From positions 11,936 through 75,935 of the IMG/VR virus record IMGVR_UViG_3300008517_000034: a stretch of DNA of 64,000 nucleotides; one strand, written 5' to 3'. The position numbers and the translations under genes were made by a program. The notes beneath the pieces are model-generated. The model worked only from the letters and a program-made list of their open reading frames with translations, searched no databases and had not been told where the DNA came from. Each line of letters begins with the position of its first letter. Position 1 is the stretch's first letter. Positions 39,236 through 47,922 of this stretch are shown here, piece after piece. The stretch comes from a virus.

Positions 39236-39291
39236 AAAAAAAGCCTAAACTCCCTTAAATTATTCTTCAATAATTCTAAAGAGCTTAGGCC
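39236..39291 (-). terminator. Intrinsic terminator in MTase/terminase operon leader
   Basis: GGCCUAAGCUCUUUAGAAUUAUU / AAUAAUUUAAGGGAGUUUAGGCU stem followed by a U run. Confidence 0.7.
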
Positions 39292-39336
39292 AAAACCTAA
39301 CTTTTCAGACATTATATTATTTAATTTTCTTATTAA

Positions 39337-39365
39337 ATTTTATCAAATTAAGTGATTTCTGTCAA
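39337..39365 (-). promoter_or_regulatory. Sigma70-type promoter
   Basis: TTGACA-N17-TAAAAT with TGn extension. Confidence 0.75.
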
Positions 39366-39399
39366 AGAAGAAGTATCAGTCAGTCCATTCTTACTCTTT

Positions 39400-39834
39400 T
39401 TATTCCCATCCGGGAATTAACCTGCTATATTTTTCTATTTCTTTATAGCTTAGTATTTTCTCGAAATCTATCCCTAGATCATCACACAAAAATTTAATCA
39501 TCTCGCCATTAGCCTTATCCCTCGCGTATTTATCAGGAATTATAAATTGTAGCTTAGCAAATTCTTTTGGATAATATTTTTTAAACCGCCTTAGTTTGGT
39601 TTTATCGCCGGGTCTAAACCATCCCTTACATTCTACCCATAAATCTATTATAGGCAGGTAAAAGTCTGGCTTATAATACCGGTTACCGCGTTTGATAGTT
39701 TTAAATTCGAATTCTTTTGGTTCATAGATATATTCAATTTCGGTAAGTTTATAATATCTGGCAATATTCGCCTCCATCTTACTCCGGAAATATTGTTTTA
39801 GATCTTTTCGGTAACCGCCTTTGGCTACGTGCAT
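39400..39834 (-). CDS. PD-(D/E)xK endonuclease (resolvase-like)
   Basis: FRSKMEA, YEP, YKPDF, VECKGW. Confidence 0.8.
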   Translation of the reverse strand: MHVAKGGYRKDLKQYFRSKMEANIARYYKLTEIEYIYEPKEFEFKTIKRGNRYYKPDFYLPIIDLWVECKGWFRPGDKTKLRRFKKYYPKEFAKLQFIIPDKYARDKANGEMIKFLCDDLGIDFEKILSYKEIEKYSRLIPGWE

Positions 39835-40787
39835 TTTCCACCTCTCAATTTAATAAAATCTTCCAATTCACAAAATTTATACAATCTTTTATTTACCCAC
39901 CTTGCAAATTCCTTAGTCCTTCTATCTACATTTTCATAAATCATTATGAAGGGATCTACCCCCAAATTTAACAATTCATTAAACCGGTAAAGGTCCTCTT
40001 CAAAAGTAGTATCAAATCCGCATAAAACAAATACCATTATTCTATATGGCTTGATCCCCGCCTTGAATATTATCCTCAGACCCTCTTTAAGCTCTTTCTC
40101 ATAATCCATCAGGTCCCAGGCAAAGTGTATTTGCTTCAGATGTTTTACTTCAGCCAATAGCTTGGCGTTCTCCTTATTTACAAGTCTTATATCAAGTCCC
40201 TGGTTAAAATCCATTCTCCAGCCTTTATTAATATACTTTTGTAATTTTTTAATATAAGAGGGTAAGGCCAGGAAATTATTATCTAATAAAACTACTACAT
40301 TAGTCTTTGGATTTAGAAATTCCTCCACTTCTGCATGCTCCCGGATCTTACCTTCTTTCTCCGGTACTATACAAAATTTACAATTTCTAATACAGCCCCG
40401 GGTAGTAAAGCCTAGAGAATAATCAAGGTTATAAAGAGTATAATCGGGCTTTATATGTTCAATATCATAAGGCAAAACAATTTTTAAATTAAATCCTGAT
40501 CCACCCATAATGCTATTTTCTGGTATATATCCTTCCTCGATATTATGCTTTGAAAATATCTTTGAAACATATACCCTGTCGTATGTCTTTTCCATCAATG
40601 GTTTATATTTTTCTATCTGATCCCCAAAACTTTTATGCCAAGCAGATATTTTCATTAAGGCTAAATTGTGATATTTTGAATCAATATCGAATAAACCGAT
40701 TTTCATAGTCATATCTTGCCCAATATTTTTAATAGTGCAATAATTTCCATACCAAATGCTGTTATAAAAAGCACCCACCAGGCCCAA
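39825..40787 (-). CDS. Radical SAM protein (true start probably MKIGLFD near 40704)
   Basis: TTRGCIRNCKFC (CxxxCxxC), LLDNNFL, DFNQGLDIRL. Confidence 0.85.
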   Translation of the reverse strand: MGLVGAFYNSIWYGNYCTIKNIGQDMTMKIGLFDIDSKYHNLALMKISAWHKSFGDQIEKYKPLMEKTYDRVYVSKIFSKHNIEEGYIPENSIMGGSGFNLKIVLPYDIEHIKPDYTLYNLDYSLGFTTRGCIRNCKFCIVPEKEGKIREHAEVEEFLNPKTNVVVLLDNNFLALPSYIKKLQKYINKGWRMDFNQGLDIRLVNKENAKLLAEVKHLKQIHFAWDLMDYEKELKEGLRIIFKAGIKPYRIMVFVLCGFDTTFEEDLYRFNELLNLGVDPFIMIYENVDRRTKEFARWVNKRLYKFCELEDFIKLRGGKCT

Positions 40788-40861
40788 TCGTTAGTCTTTT
40801 CAGCTTTTTTAACCGGACTACTAAATCCTTTAATCCTTTCTTCGCCTATCTTTAATTTCAT

Positions 40862-42856
40862 CTAATCACTTTCCCTTTTATTTTTTAATAATAAATCTAA
40901 AATACTATTTTTATCGATGCTTTCAGGCGAGAGATCGATATCTGCTTTTTCTTTATCATCAACAAGTTCAGCACCTGATTTTGATAAAATATCTTTCAAC
41001 TCGATACTATTCTGGTAAAAATTTACAAGATATTTTCTACTATTTTCGGCGAATTCCGAATTAGATGAGGTGATTGATCTACCGATTGATGTCTCGGCAA
41101 AATAGAATCTGCTCTCCTTCATTGTGGTAATCAATAATCCTAGTATTTTTTGTTTTTGGCTGATTTCAGATTGGACAACCGAAACAATATTATTGGGATT
41201 AACCATATAATTATTTCCAAAATCTTTAGCTTTTTCTTTGGCAACGATTATTTTAAGGGGAACTTTTATTTCAGCATTGTAATTGTAGTAATTTAAGAAA
41301 AGGATAAAATTATCCTTTAATTGTCTTTTCACATAAAATAATTCTGTCGCTCCGATAGGTGCATTAGTGATATCCCCTGAATATAGAATATTACCTTCTT
41401 CATTTCTATAACCGGCATCCCAGCCATATTTCCTATCAGAAGAAACTAGGGAAAGATCTAAATCTATCATATAAGGCTTAATATTTTCCCAATAGACTCC
41501 GACAATCATATCCTGGGGAACAGAGATATAAGTTCCCGATGGCAAATTCCCGGTAAATTGTTTTTCTGTCGCCGGTAAGCTGTAATTTATATAATCAGGG
41601 ATATAAATTTTCTTACCCCTTACATTTTTTTTAATATCCTCTGTAATAGAATCTAAGACAATAGCTAAGACCTTTCTTGCTCTTTCTTTTCTTCTAAAAT
41701 AGAAATCAGTAGCAAACGATTTTCCGTTCCGTATACGATACAAAATCGAGTCTATGTCTTTTGTTCTAAATTTCAAAGCATAGGCCAACCTTATTTTCCT
41801 AAAGATATTGACCCTCCCTAATTCACTTTCTAATTTATCCATATCTATTATTTTGCCTTTTTTAATTTTAGCAGTGACTTCATTAAGATAGTCTTCTGGC
41901 ATAGGCTTGTGATAATGGATTGCCAATTTTCTTATTTTATTAATGATAGTTTTTAGTTCTCGATTGGTCCTAAAAGCAAGAAAGATTGGTTTAAAGCGAT
42001 AGAATATTTCCGCTAATCTTTTTAATCCGTATTTTCTACCATAATCCTTAAAAATTTTAATAACCTTAATGTTCTTCCCTTCCTTTATTTCCCCTATCAA
42101 TTCCTTAGATTTTATCAATAGTGTTTCATCCGTTGCAGTATAGACAACATATCTTAAAAACTCGACAGGATTTTCAGGAACCAAATCCAAATAGTTATAT
42201 AAAATTATTCTGACTTCTTTATTCTTTATATCTTTTATTTCCTTTTCATTTATATCTAAAAATAAGGCCACATCTACAACATCGTTTATGGTATCTTCTT
42301 TTAAGGCAATCCCGGAATTAAGCAATTTTAATAATTTATCTTTAAGCTCCTGTTTGGTATATCCTTTTATGACTACCAGTTTTATTTCATCTATATTTAT
42401 TTCAGGGATATCTAATATTTCTTTTGGAATGTAAATATAATCTTTATCACGAATTTTATCTGTATGAAAATCTTCCAAACCTGATATTCTTTCCGATAAA
42501 TTATCTACTCCCCAATTCTCCAAATACTCTTTTTGAAACATATATCTCCCGGGATCTTTCTTGCCGTAAGTTGTAATATAATGAGCAATCTGTTCTGTAA
42601 TCAATTGCTCTATATCAGCTTCCTTTACCTTCTTCCAGGACTTATGAAAAGAAGCATTTACTTTCTCGCTGGTTATCCCGAAAACTTCTTCAACCAATTT
42701 TATTAATTCGTCATAATTGGAATAATTGTAGATTACCTCCGGAGAAAATATAAAACCCCTTTTGATTGTTTTTTTTAGCAGATCTTTTGTTGGTGATTTC
42801 TTGTGCTTTGCTTTTATTGGTAAGGCCTTAAATAGTCTGATAGTCGCTTTACTCAT
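40862..42856 (-). CDS. Large helical protein with C-terminal TerD-like domain
   Basis: NASFHKSW...EQIAHYITTYG, FYRFKPIFLA; C-terminal DLDLS, WD and YSGDITNAP.GATE resemble TerD motifs. Confidence 0.6.
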   Translation of the reverse strand: MSKATIRLFKALPIKAKHKKSPTKDLLKKTIKRGFIFSPEVIYNYSNYDELIKLVEEVFGITSEKVNASFHKSWKKVKEADIEQLITEQIAHYITTYGKKDPGRYMFQKEYLENWGVDNLSERISGLEDFHTDKIRDKDYIYIPKEILDIPEINIDEIKLVVIKGYTKQELKDKLLKLLNSGIALKEDTINDVVDVALFLDINEKEIKDIKNKEVRIILYNYLDLVPENPVEFLRYVVYTATDETLLIKSKELIGEIKEGKNIKVIKIFKDYGRKYGLKRLAEIFYRFKPIFLAFRTNRELKTIINKIRKLAIHYHKPMPEDYLNEVTAKIKKGKIIDMDKLESELGRVNIFRKIRLAYALKFRTKDIDSILYRIRNGKSFATDFYFRRKERARKVLAIVLDSITEDIKKNVRGKKIYIPDYINYSLPATEKQFTGNLPSGTYISVPQDMIVGVYWENIKPYMIDLDLSLVSSDRKYGWDAGYRNEEGNILYSGDITNAPIGATELFYVKRQLKDNFILFLNYYNYNAEIKVPLKIIVAKEKAKDFGNNYMVNPNNIVSVVQSEISQKQKILGLLITTMKESRFYFAETSIGRSITSSNSEFAENSRKYLVNFYQNSIELKDILSKSGAELVDDKEKADIDLSPESIDKNSILDLLLKNKRESD

Positions 42857-42875
42857 TTCTTTACCCCTTTCTTTA

Positions 42876-43083
42876 AGGCGGGTAGTATTTTGGTAAGCGG
42901 GGGAATACCCCGCTAGTTATTTTGATAGGAACTACCTATGCCTCTATTTTTATTTTTAAAATAAGGCGAGTGGTAATTACACCAATTGAATTATAGGAAC
43001 CACTTATGCCTTATAATTTTATTTAATTTCTTACATTGAGGCGGGTAGTAAAACGCTGGTTTTATAGGAACTACCTATGCCTC
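42876..43083 (-). ncRNA. Array of three structured RNA repeats
   Basis: Consensus AGGC-AUA-RGURGU-UCCUAU-(variable)-ACYACY-C-GCCU at 42876-42943, 42961-43014 and 43038-43083; two compensatory pair changes in the middle copy. Confidence 0.75.
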
Positions 43084-43217
43084 TATTTTTAAGAAATAAT
43101 TAAAGTCTTTATTATTTTCTTTATTAAATTTTTCTATAGATTCTATAAATCCAGATTCTTTTTTTTGACTTTTTTAAAAACCCAATACATTCTTTCGTAT
43201 TCATATCAATTTCTCCT

Positions 43218-43499
43218 CTAATTTTTAATTAGCTCATCTTTATATTTATCAAATTCTTCCTGGCTCATTCCCCAGTTACTCATAACCTTTCTAAGCTGAG
43301 CCTCTGATAGTGGCCAAGCCAAGATGTCCCCTCTGCATAAATAGGTATATTGTGTCCTCATACTTATAAATCCCTTACGGAGTTTTAACTTAGGATAAGT
43401 AAGAGTGTTATCGGTAGCAAAAATTTGCCCTGGTTTGATCTCATTCACTTTTTTGATTTTCTTGTCATCTGCCATTCTTTTTAATTTTCCCTTCAACAA
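43218..43499 (-). CDS. Hypothetical protein
   Basis: Co-oriented ORF. Confidence 0.6.
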   Translation of the reverse strand: MLKGKLKRMADDKKIKKVNEIKPGQIFATDNTLTYPKLKLRKGFISMRTQYTYLCRGDILAWPLSEAQLRKVMSNWGMSQEEFDKYKDELIKN

Positions 43500-43750
43500 A
43501 ATAACTTTTCAAATATTCTATCAATTCTTTCTATGACCGATATCAAAATAGATCCTAATCGGGTCTCTCTCGTGACTGCCTCAAATTCACGATAAGCTTT
43601 CCTTGCCCTCCACCTTTGAAATGAAAAAGTATTCCTCATTTTTATAATCTCCTTTTCACTAAGTGATTGAGTCCTAATATCTACTTCTTCGTTTAGCCAT
43701 TGTAAAATATCATTATATTCTTCATCACTTACCGGTTTACGTTTTCTCAT
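43493..43750 (-). CDS. Hypothetical protein
   Basis: Co-oriented ORF. Confidence 0.6.
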   Translation of the reverse strand: MRKRKPVSDEEYNDILQWLNEEVDIRTQSLSEKEIIKMRNTFSFQRWRARKAYREFEAVTRETRLGSILISVIERIDRIFEKLFC

Positions 43751-43762
43751 TTATTGCTTCCC

Positions 43763-44641
43763 CTAAGTTTCTATCGTAGGATTATATTCATCCTCTTCTA
43801 ATCCAAAGGTCCAGGCTTTTGCCTCTCGTACACTACGCATATCAGGAGGCACTTTAAGAAAATATCTTTTGCCAGTTGAAGAATCTTTAACCTGTAAAAA
43901 TGCTATGCTATCTGTTAAGATTATGATTCTATCCTTTCTGTCATTAAAATACCCTCTTGGAATACTACCATAAAAATCAGAAGGATGCTGAAAGGTTCTA
44001 TCTTCAAGAATGATATACTGAATTTTATTCATCTCAAATCCTTCTCTTATATAGTTCTCGTAGCCGAGCTTCCTTAGTGCCTGCTCCCGTAACTCTAGAT
44101 TTTCTGTTTCTTCTACATCTTCAAATGTTATGGGATAGTCCGTCTCCAGTTTTATCTTCGTCTCTAAATCCTGAATATATCGTTTTAGAATATATTTAAA
44201 TTCATAAAGTACATTATTGTCTCTTCTCAAACTTAAAGGCCTTCCAAGATCTACTCCAAGACTTAATTCTATATCCAGAAAGTTACTGAATAAGTCTTTA
44301 TCCTCGGAGAGTATCTCAGCTAAGTTCCTTTTATTTAGAATTCTAAGAGCTGTACTGCAAGGAAAAAGTATTATGGTATGAATTCTACTTGCCACATTCA
44401 CCGGAGGTATCCCTATATGATGACTACATAATCTTTCCTCTTTCACCTCAAAATATAATTCAATAACATAAGGATTAAAATGCGATGATCTTAAATAAGC
44501 CTCACCCATAGCCTCGTCTAGTATGTAGTAGTCCCCATATATGGTATGCCTTACATTCTCCCCGGTTTTCCATGAATTTAACTTAGTCCTCAACGAATTT
44601 GATATATTCTGTATCATATTCCCTTTGTCTCCTAATTTCAT
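43763..44641 (-). CDS. DUF6745-like protein
   Basis: C-terminal VKDSSTGKRYFLKVPP...EAKAWTFGL; start probably ~44617. Confidence 0.6.
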   Translation of the reverse strand: MKLGDKGNMIQNISNSLRTKLNSWKTGENVRHTIYGDYYILDEAMGEAYLRSSHFNPYVIELYFEVKEERLCSHHIGIPPVNVASRIHTIILFPCSTALRILNKRNLAEILSEDKDLFSNFLDIELSLGVDLGRPLSLRRDNNVLYEFKYILKRYIQDLETKIKLETDYPITFEDVEETENLELREQALRKLGYENYIREGFEMNKIQYIILEDRTFQHPSDFYGSIPRGYFNDRKDRIIILTDSIAFLQVKDSSTGKRYFLKVPPDMRSVREAKAWTFGLEEDEYNPTIET

Positions 44642-44972
44642 ATGTCCCAGCAGGAATAGTTATAGTATTATGTTCTTCGTGGATTAGTTCTGCTGGTGCA
44701 CCAACTAGCGCATAGCCGATTATTTGTTTATCAACTGGGCTAACCCTAAAAGGTCCAGCCGTTATTTCTAGACCATTAGGTAAATGAAAGCTAGGGTTTA
44801 CAATTTTTTCGGCCACTTCTAGTATCTTGGCATTTCCCCTTAATCTATGAGCATGTCCAGTTACCTCTCCTTTTAAAATTACCTTACTTTTTTTAGTCTT
44901 AAATTTTATGTTTTCGGGTAATTTATCAATTTTAATTAACAAAATATCTCCGTGTCTATAGTGTTTATTCAT
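44583..44972 (-). CDS. His-rich beta-fold protein partnering the DUF6745-like gene
   Basis: RHGDILL, GEVTGHAH, HEEH..I.IPAGTYEIRRQREY; start moved to MNKHY. Confidence 0.7.
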   Translation of the reverse strand: MNKHYRHGDILLIKIDKLPENIKFKTKKSKVILKGEVTGHAHRLRGNAKILEVAEKIVNPSFHLPNGLEITAGPFRVSPVDKQIIGYALVGAPAELIHEEHNTITIPAGTYEIRRQREYDTEYIKFVED

Positions 44973-45025
44973 GATAAAAAATCCCCCTTTTTTTAAATAT
45001 CCTCTCAAAATTTTAAACAATGATT

Positions 45026-45601
45026 TCACCCACTAAACCAAAGATCGTGTTTTAATATTTCTTCAAGTTTTGACATGGGAATTTTAGTATATTCTCCATA
45101 TACCTTCTTAATCATTCCCATAATCTTGTCTAAGTTCTGCATCTCATCCTTAAAATCCTCGTATTTGCCCCACATAAAAGAACTTAATTGATGAATGAGC
45201 ATATAAGCATGTCGGTTGATAAATCTTCTCTTCCCGCAAACACTTAAAAAAGTTGCTGCGCTCGCACAGCATCCATCGATCATCGTGTGGACGGGAACAA
45301 CGCTTTTAATGATTTCGTCCATCCCCGCCATCCCTGCAAAGACACTGCCACCATAACTTTGGATATGAAGATGGATATTAGCGGGCTCTCGATTTTGAAT
45401 TGTGGCCTCACGCTGCAAATTAATTCCCATACTTAATATATTTCTATTAAGTTGTAATATTTTTTCTGTTTCAATACGAGAATAGAAATAAATCCTATTC
45501 TCTACCACCTCAACAAAAGATGGATGAGTATCTTTTTCCTCTATAGACTTAGGCTTTTCATCATGTTCTGGCTTTTTTTCAGCCCAATTAAAACCTTTCA
45601 T
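45026..45601 (-). CDS. ClpP-like protease, C-terminus apparently shortened
   Basis: IQSYGGSV, CASAAT (Ser), MLIHQ (His), HDLW (Asp). Confidence 0.85.
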   Translation of the reverse strand: MKGFNWAEKKPEHDEKPKSIEEKDTHPSFVEVVENRIYFYSRIETEKILQLNRNILSMGINLQREATIQNREPANIHLHIQSYGGSVFAGMAGMDEIIKSVVPVHTMIDGCCASAATFLSVCGKRRFINRHAYMLIHQLSSFMWGKYEDFKDEMQNLDKIMGMIKKVYGEYTKIPMSKLEEILKHDLWFSG

Positions 45602-45604
45602 TTT

Positions 45605-45889
45605 TTAAAATTCTCCCTTCTTAATCTCAAATAAATGGAATACCAATGCCCCATTTCCTATCTGAAAAGTTCCTATATAATTAATTATTCTAAGGTAATC
45701 TTCACCTAGGGGATGACCGGTTCCACTTAGCCTAAAATGCCTGGTCTCTTTCTTTGTTTCTGAATCTACCATCGCCCATAACTGAGGAGCACCTCTCTGG
45801 GTTTGAACCGTTAGTATTTTAGCATCTCTATGCACTTCCAAAGTGAAGTGATCTTCCGCAGGGATCGGATATTTAAAGATCGTCAGCAT
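45605..45889 (-). CDS. Conserved phage hypothetical protein
   Basis: IFKYP...ILTVQTQ...LWAMVD...GTGH...YIGTFQ...LVFHLFE. Confidence 0.7.
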   Translation of the reverse strand: MLTIFKYPIPAEDHFTLEVHRDAKILTVQTQRGAPQLWAMVDSETKKETRHFRLSGTGHPLGEDYLRIINYIGTFQIGNGALVFHLFEIKKGEF

Positions 45890-45979
45890 AATTTTTTCCC
45901 TTTTTTTATTTTTTCTTAAAAATCAGATATAATATTATTCCTGCTACTATAATTCCTATAATCCACCAATACCACATAA

Positions 45980-46396
45980 TTATCCACCACCTTTATTTAG
46001 ATTATTTTTACGTTCCAGGTCCCTTTTTTTAATTCTTTTTCTGTTCTTTTTATACCACGCATGAGCGGTTTTTTTTAAATATTCTTTATGCTTTATTTTA
46101 TAGTCTTGAAAATACTTACTCCGGTCTTTTCCGTCTTGATATTCTTTGATTTTAATGAGTAGCCAATCTTTATTCTGATAATAATATTCTAAAGCCTCTT
46201 TGCTCCGGCAGGCTTTGCAGATATTTATTCTACCACCAGCGCTCCTCTTATCCTTCGAGAAGTGGAATAGTGATTTCCTCTCTCCGCATTTTCTACATAC
46301 TTTAAATATTTTAGTAGCCTCTTTTTCTTCCCTTTCTTCAAGCTCCTTTTCAAAATCAGAGAATCGAGTAGCAAATTCAAAAGACCTTGTAACCAT
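45980..46396 (-). CDS. Zn-finger protein resembling the N-terminus of HNH/EndoVII nucleases, no nuclease domain
   Basis: KVCRKCGERK...F...CKAC followed by basic helical repeats. Confidence 0.6.
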   Translation of the reverse strand: MVTRSFEFATRFSDFEKELEEREEKEATKIFKVCRKCGERKSLFHFSKDKRSAGGRINICKACRSKEALEYYYQNKDWLLIKIKEYQDGKDRSKYFQDYKIKHKEYLKKTAHAWYKKNRKRIKKRDLERKNNLNKGGG

Positions 46397-46434
46397 AATT
46401 ACCCCCTTTTAATTTCATTTAATCACCTTCTTTC

Positions 46435-46797
46435 TTAATCAAACGGTAACGAAACATCATAATTATCTCGCGGATCCCATTCTTCCCAATCATCTGCTTC
46501 TTTATCGTCTTCCGGTACTTGATCTATGAGATCGACCGGATGATTTTTAAAATATTTTTTATCCGGTTTTGATTCCCTGTAAATTGCCGATCTTACATGA
46601 CAATTTCCTATTGCTTCTTGTAACTTCATAATTTTCTCCTTTTTTTTTAATAATGGACATATCTTTGGCCTATGCCCTTTATTATCTATAAAAAAATACT
46701 TGCCTAAAATCTTTTTTAATTTAGGACAATGAAAAGAGTATCTACCTCTTCGATTTTTCGTTCTTATATAAGGACATTCAAAACAGGTTTTATACAT
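46435..46797 (-). CDS. Hypothetical protein, possibly two fused ORFs
   Basis: Cys-rich first half; internal AGGAG-N6-ATG after an A8 run. Confidence 0.5.
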   Translation of the reverse strand: MYKTCFECPYIRTKNRRGRYSFHCPKLKKILGKYFFIDNKGHRPKICPLLKKKEKIMKLQEAIGNCHVRSAIYRESKPDKKYFKNHPVDLIDQVPEDDKEADDWEEWDPRDNYDVSLPFD

Positions 46798-46800
46798 TAA

Positions 46801-47172
46801 CTATCCTTTTTTATATAGATTTTCGTATTCATAATATTCTACTTTATTCCCTTCATTATGACTTTTAGGGATAAAATTCTTTTCATCACTTAAATCGTTT
46901 TCATTTATTGCTACTTTATAACCACCTTTCTTCATTATCTCTATATCTTTTTCAATAACCCCTATATATCCTTCCTGTTTATTGTGGCCACAACAGCAAC
47001 CTGTTGTTCTAATTCCCAATGACCATAAATACTTAATTTCTTCAGCTATACATTTATCGATACATATCGTATTGCTGGTTGTCCCCTCAGTTCTACCAAT
47101 CATACATTTTGGCCTTAATAATTCCACTTGATTATCATAACTACCTATTTTTACATTTACACAATTACACAT
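46801..47172 (-). CDS. Cys-rich hypothetical protein
   Basis: IDKCIAEEIKYLWSLGIRTTGCCCGH motif. Confidence 0.65.
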   Translation of the reverse strand: MCNCVNVKIGSYDNQVELLRPKCMIGRTEGTTSNTICIDKCIAEEIKYLWSLGIRTTGCCCGHNKQEGYIGVIEKDIEIMKKGGYKVAINENDLSDEKNFIPKSHNEGNKVEYYEYENLYKKG

Positions 47173-47188
47173 AAATCATTCCTCTTCC

Positions 47189-47609
47189 CTATCCTATATT
47201 CGTTCTTACTCCATCATCAAATTTCTTCCAATCAATCCCATATAATTCGCAAATAGCTATTAATTGAGGTTTACCATAATATTCATAGTCCCTTAAATCA
47301 TTCCATTTCTCTAGAAATTCATCCTGCCCATCGAGCCACAACCAGGCGACCATATGTCGCAAACTTCTACTAGCACTTATACCCCGACAACCATTGGCTT
47401 TTTCCCAGGCAAATGGCATATAGTCTTTGAGTTCTTCTACGGGATTTATTTTCTCTGGCTTCCAGTCTCCGCTTCTCACAATCTTCTTCAAAAAAGGGTT
47501 TAGCATGTTCGTAATCTAAACGGCGAATATATCCATCGAACTCCCAACCAAACATATCATTTTTTTTCCTCTCGCTAATCCTCTTTACTATCTCTTCCTG
47601 TGTTCTCAT
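47189..47609 (-). pseudogene. Single hypothetical gene split by a frameshift
   Basis: ORFs 47370..47609 and 47189..47506 join as ...YEHAKPF/LKKIV... if one T is removed from the T6 run near 47490-47495. Confidence 0.6.
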
Positions 47610-47628
47610 TTAATCACCTCGCTTTTTT

Positions 47629-47922
47629 CTACTTTTCTGTTTTTAATTTGCTCTTTAATAATTGCATCTTCTCGAATGCTCTATTCATTTGTCCCCTAAT
47701 CTCGCAGAGTCTCTTATACTCATCTTCGATCCATCCTTCAGAAGCTTTCTTAGCCATATCCTTTTCCTCTTGTGCTTCCATTGGGGAACCAACCAGCTCG
47801 CTATTTACTTCTGATATGATTAAATTCAGCTCTTTAGCCCTGGCTAATATAGAAAAAATGACTTTCGATATATCCCCAGTAGTTGCTGGTTTCCTATCTT
47901 CTACACTCCTTAGTCCTTGCAT
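47629..47922 (-). CDS. Hypothetical coiled-coil protein
   Basis: Co-oriented ORF with RBS. Confidence 0.6.
   Translation of the reverse strand: MQGLRSVEDRKPATTGDISKVIFSILARAKELNLIISEVNSELVGSPMEAQEEKDMAKKASEGWIEDEYKRLCEIRGQMNRAFEKMQLLKSKLKTEK

Noticed and set aside
39400-39834. Nuclease plus MTases as a restriction-modification system
   Set aside because: The nuclease resembles small phage resolvase-type enzymes and is separated from the MTases by a promoter and terminator.
42876-43083. Hairpin array as a CRISPR array
   Set aside because: Variable parts lie inside the hairpins, lengths are irregular and no cas genes are present.
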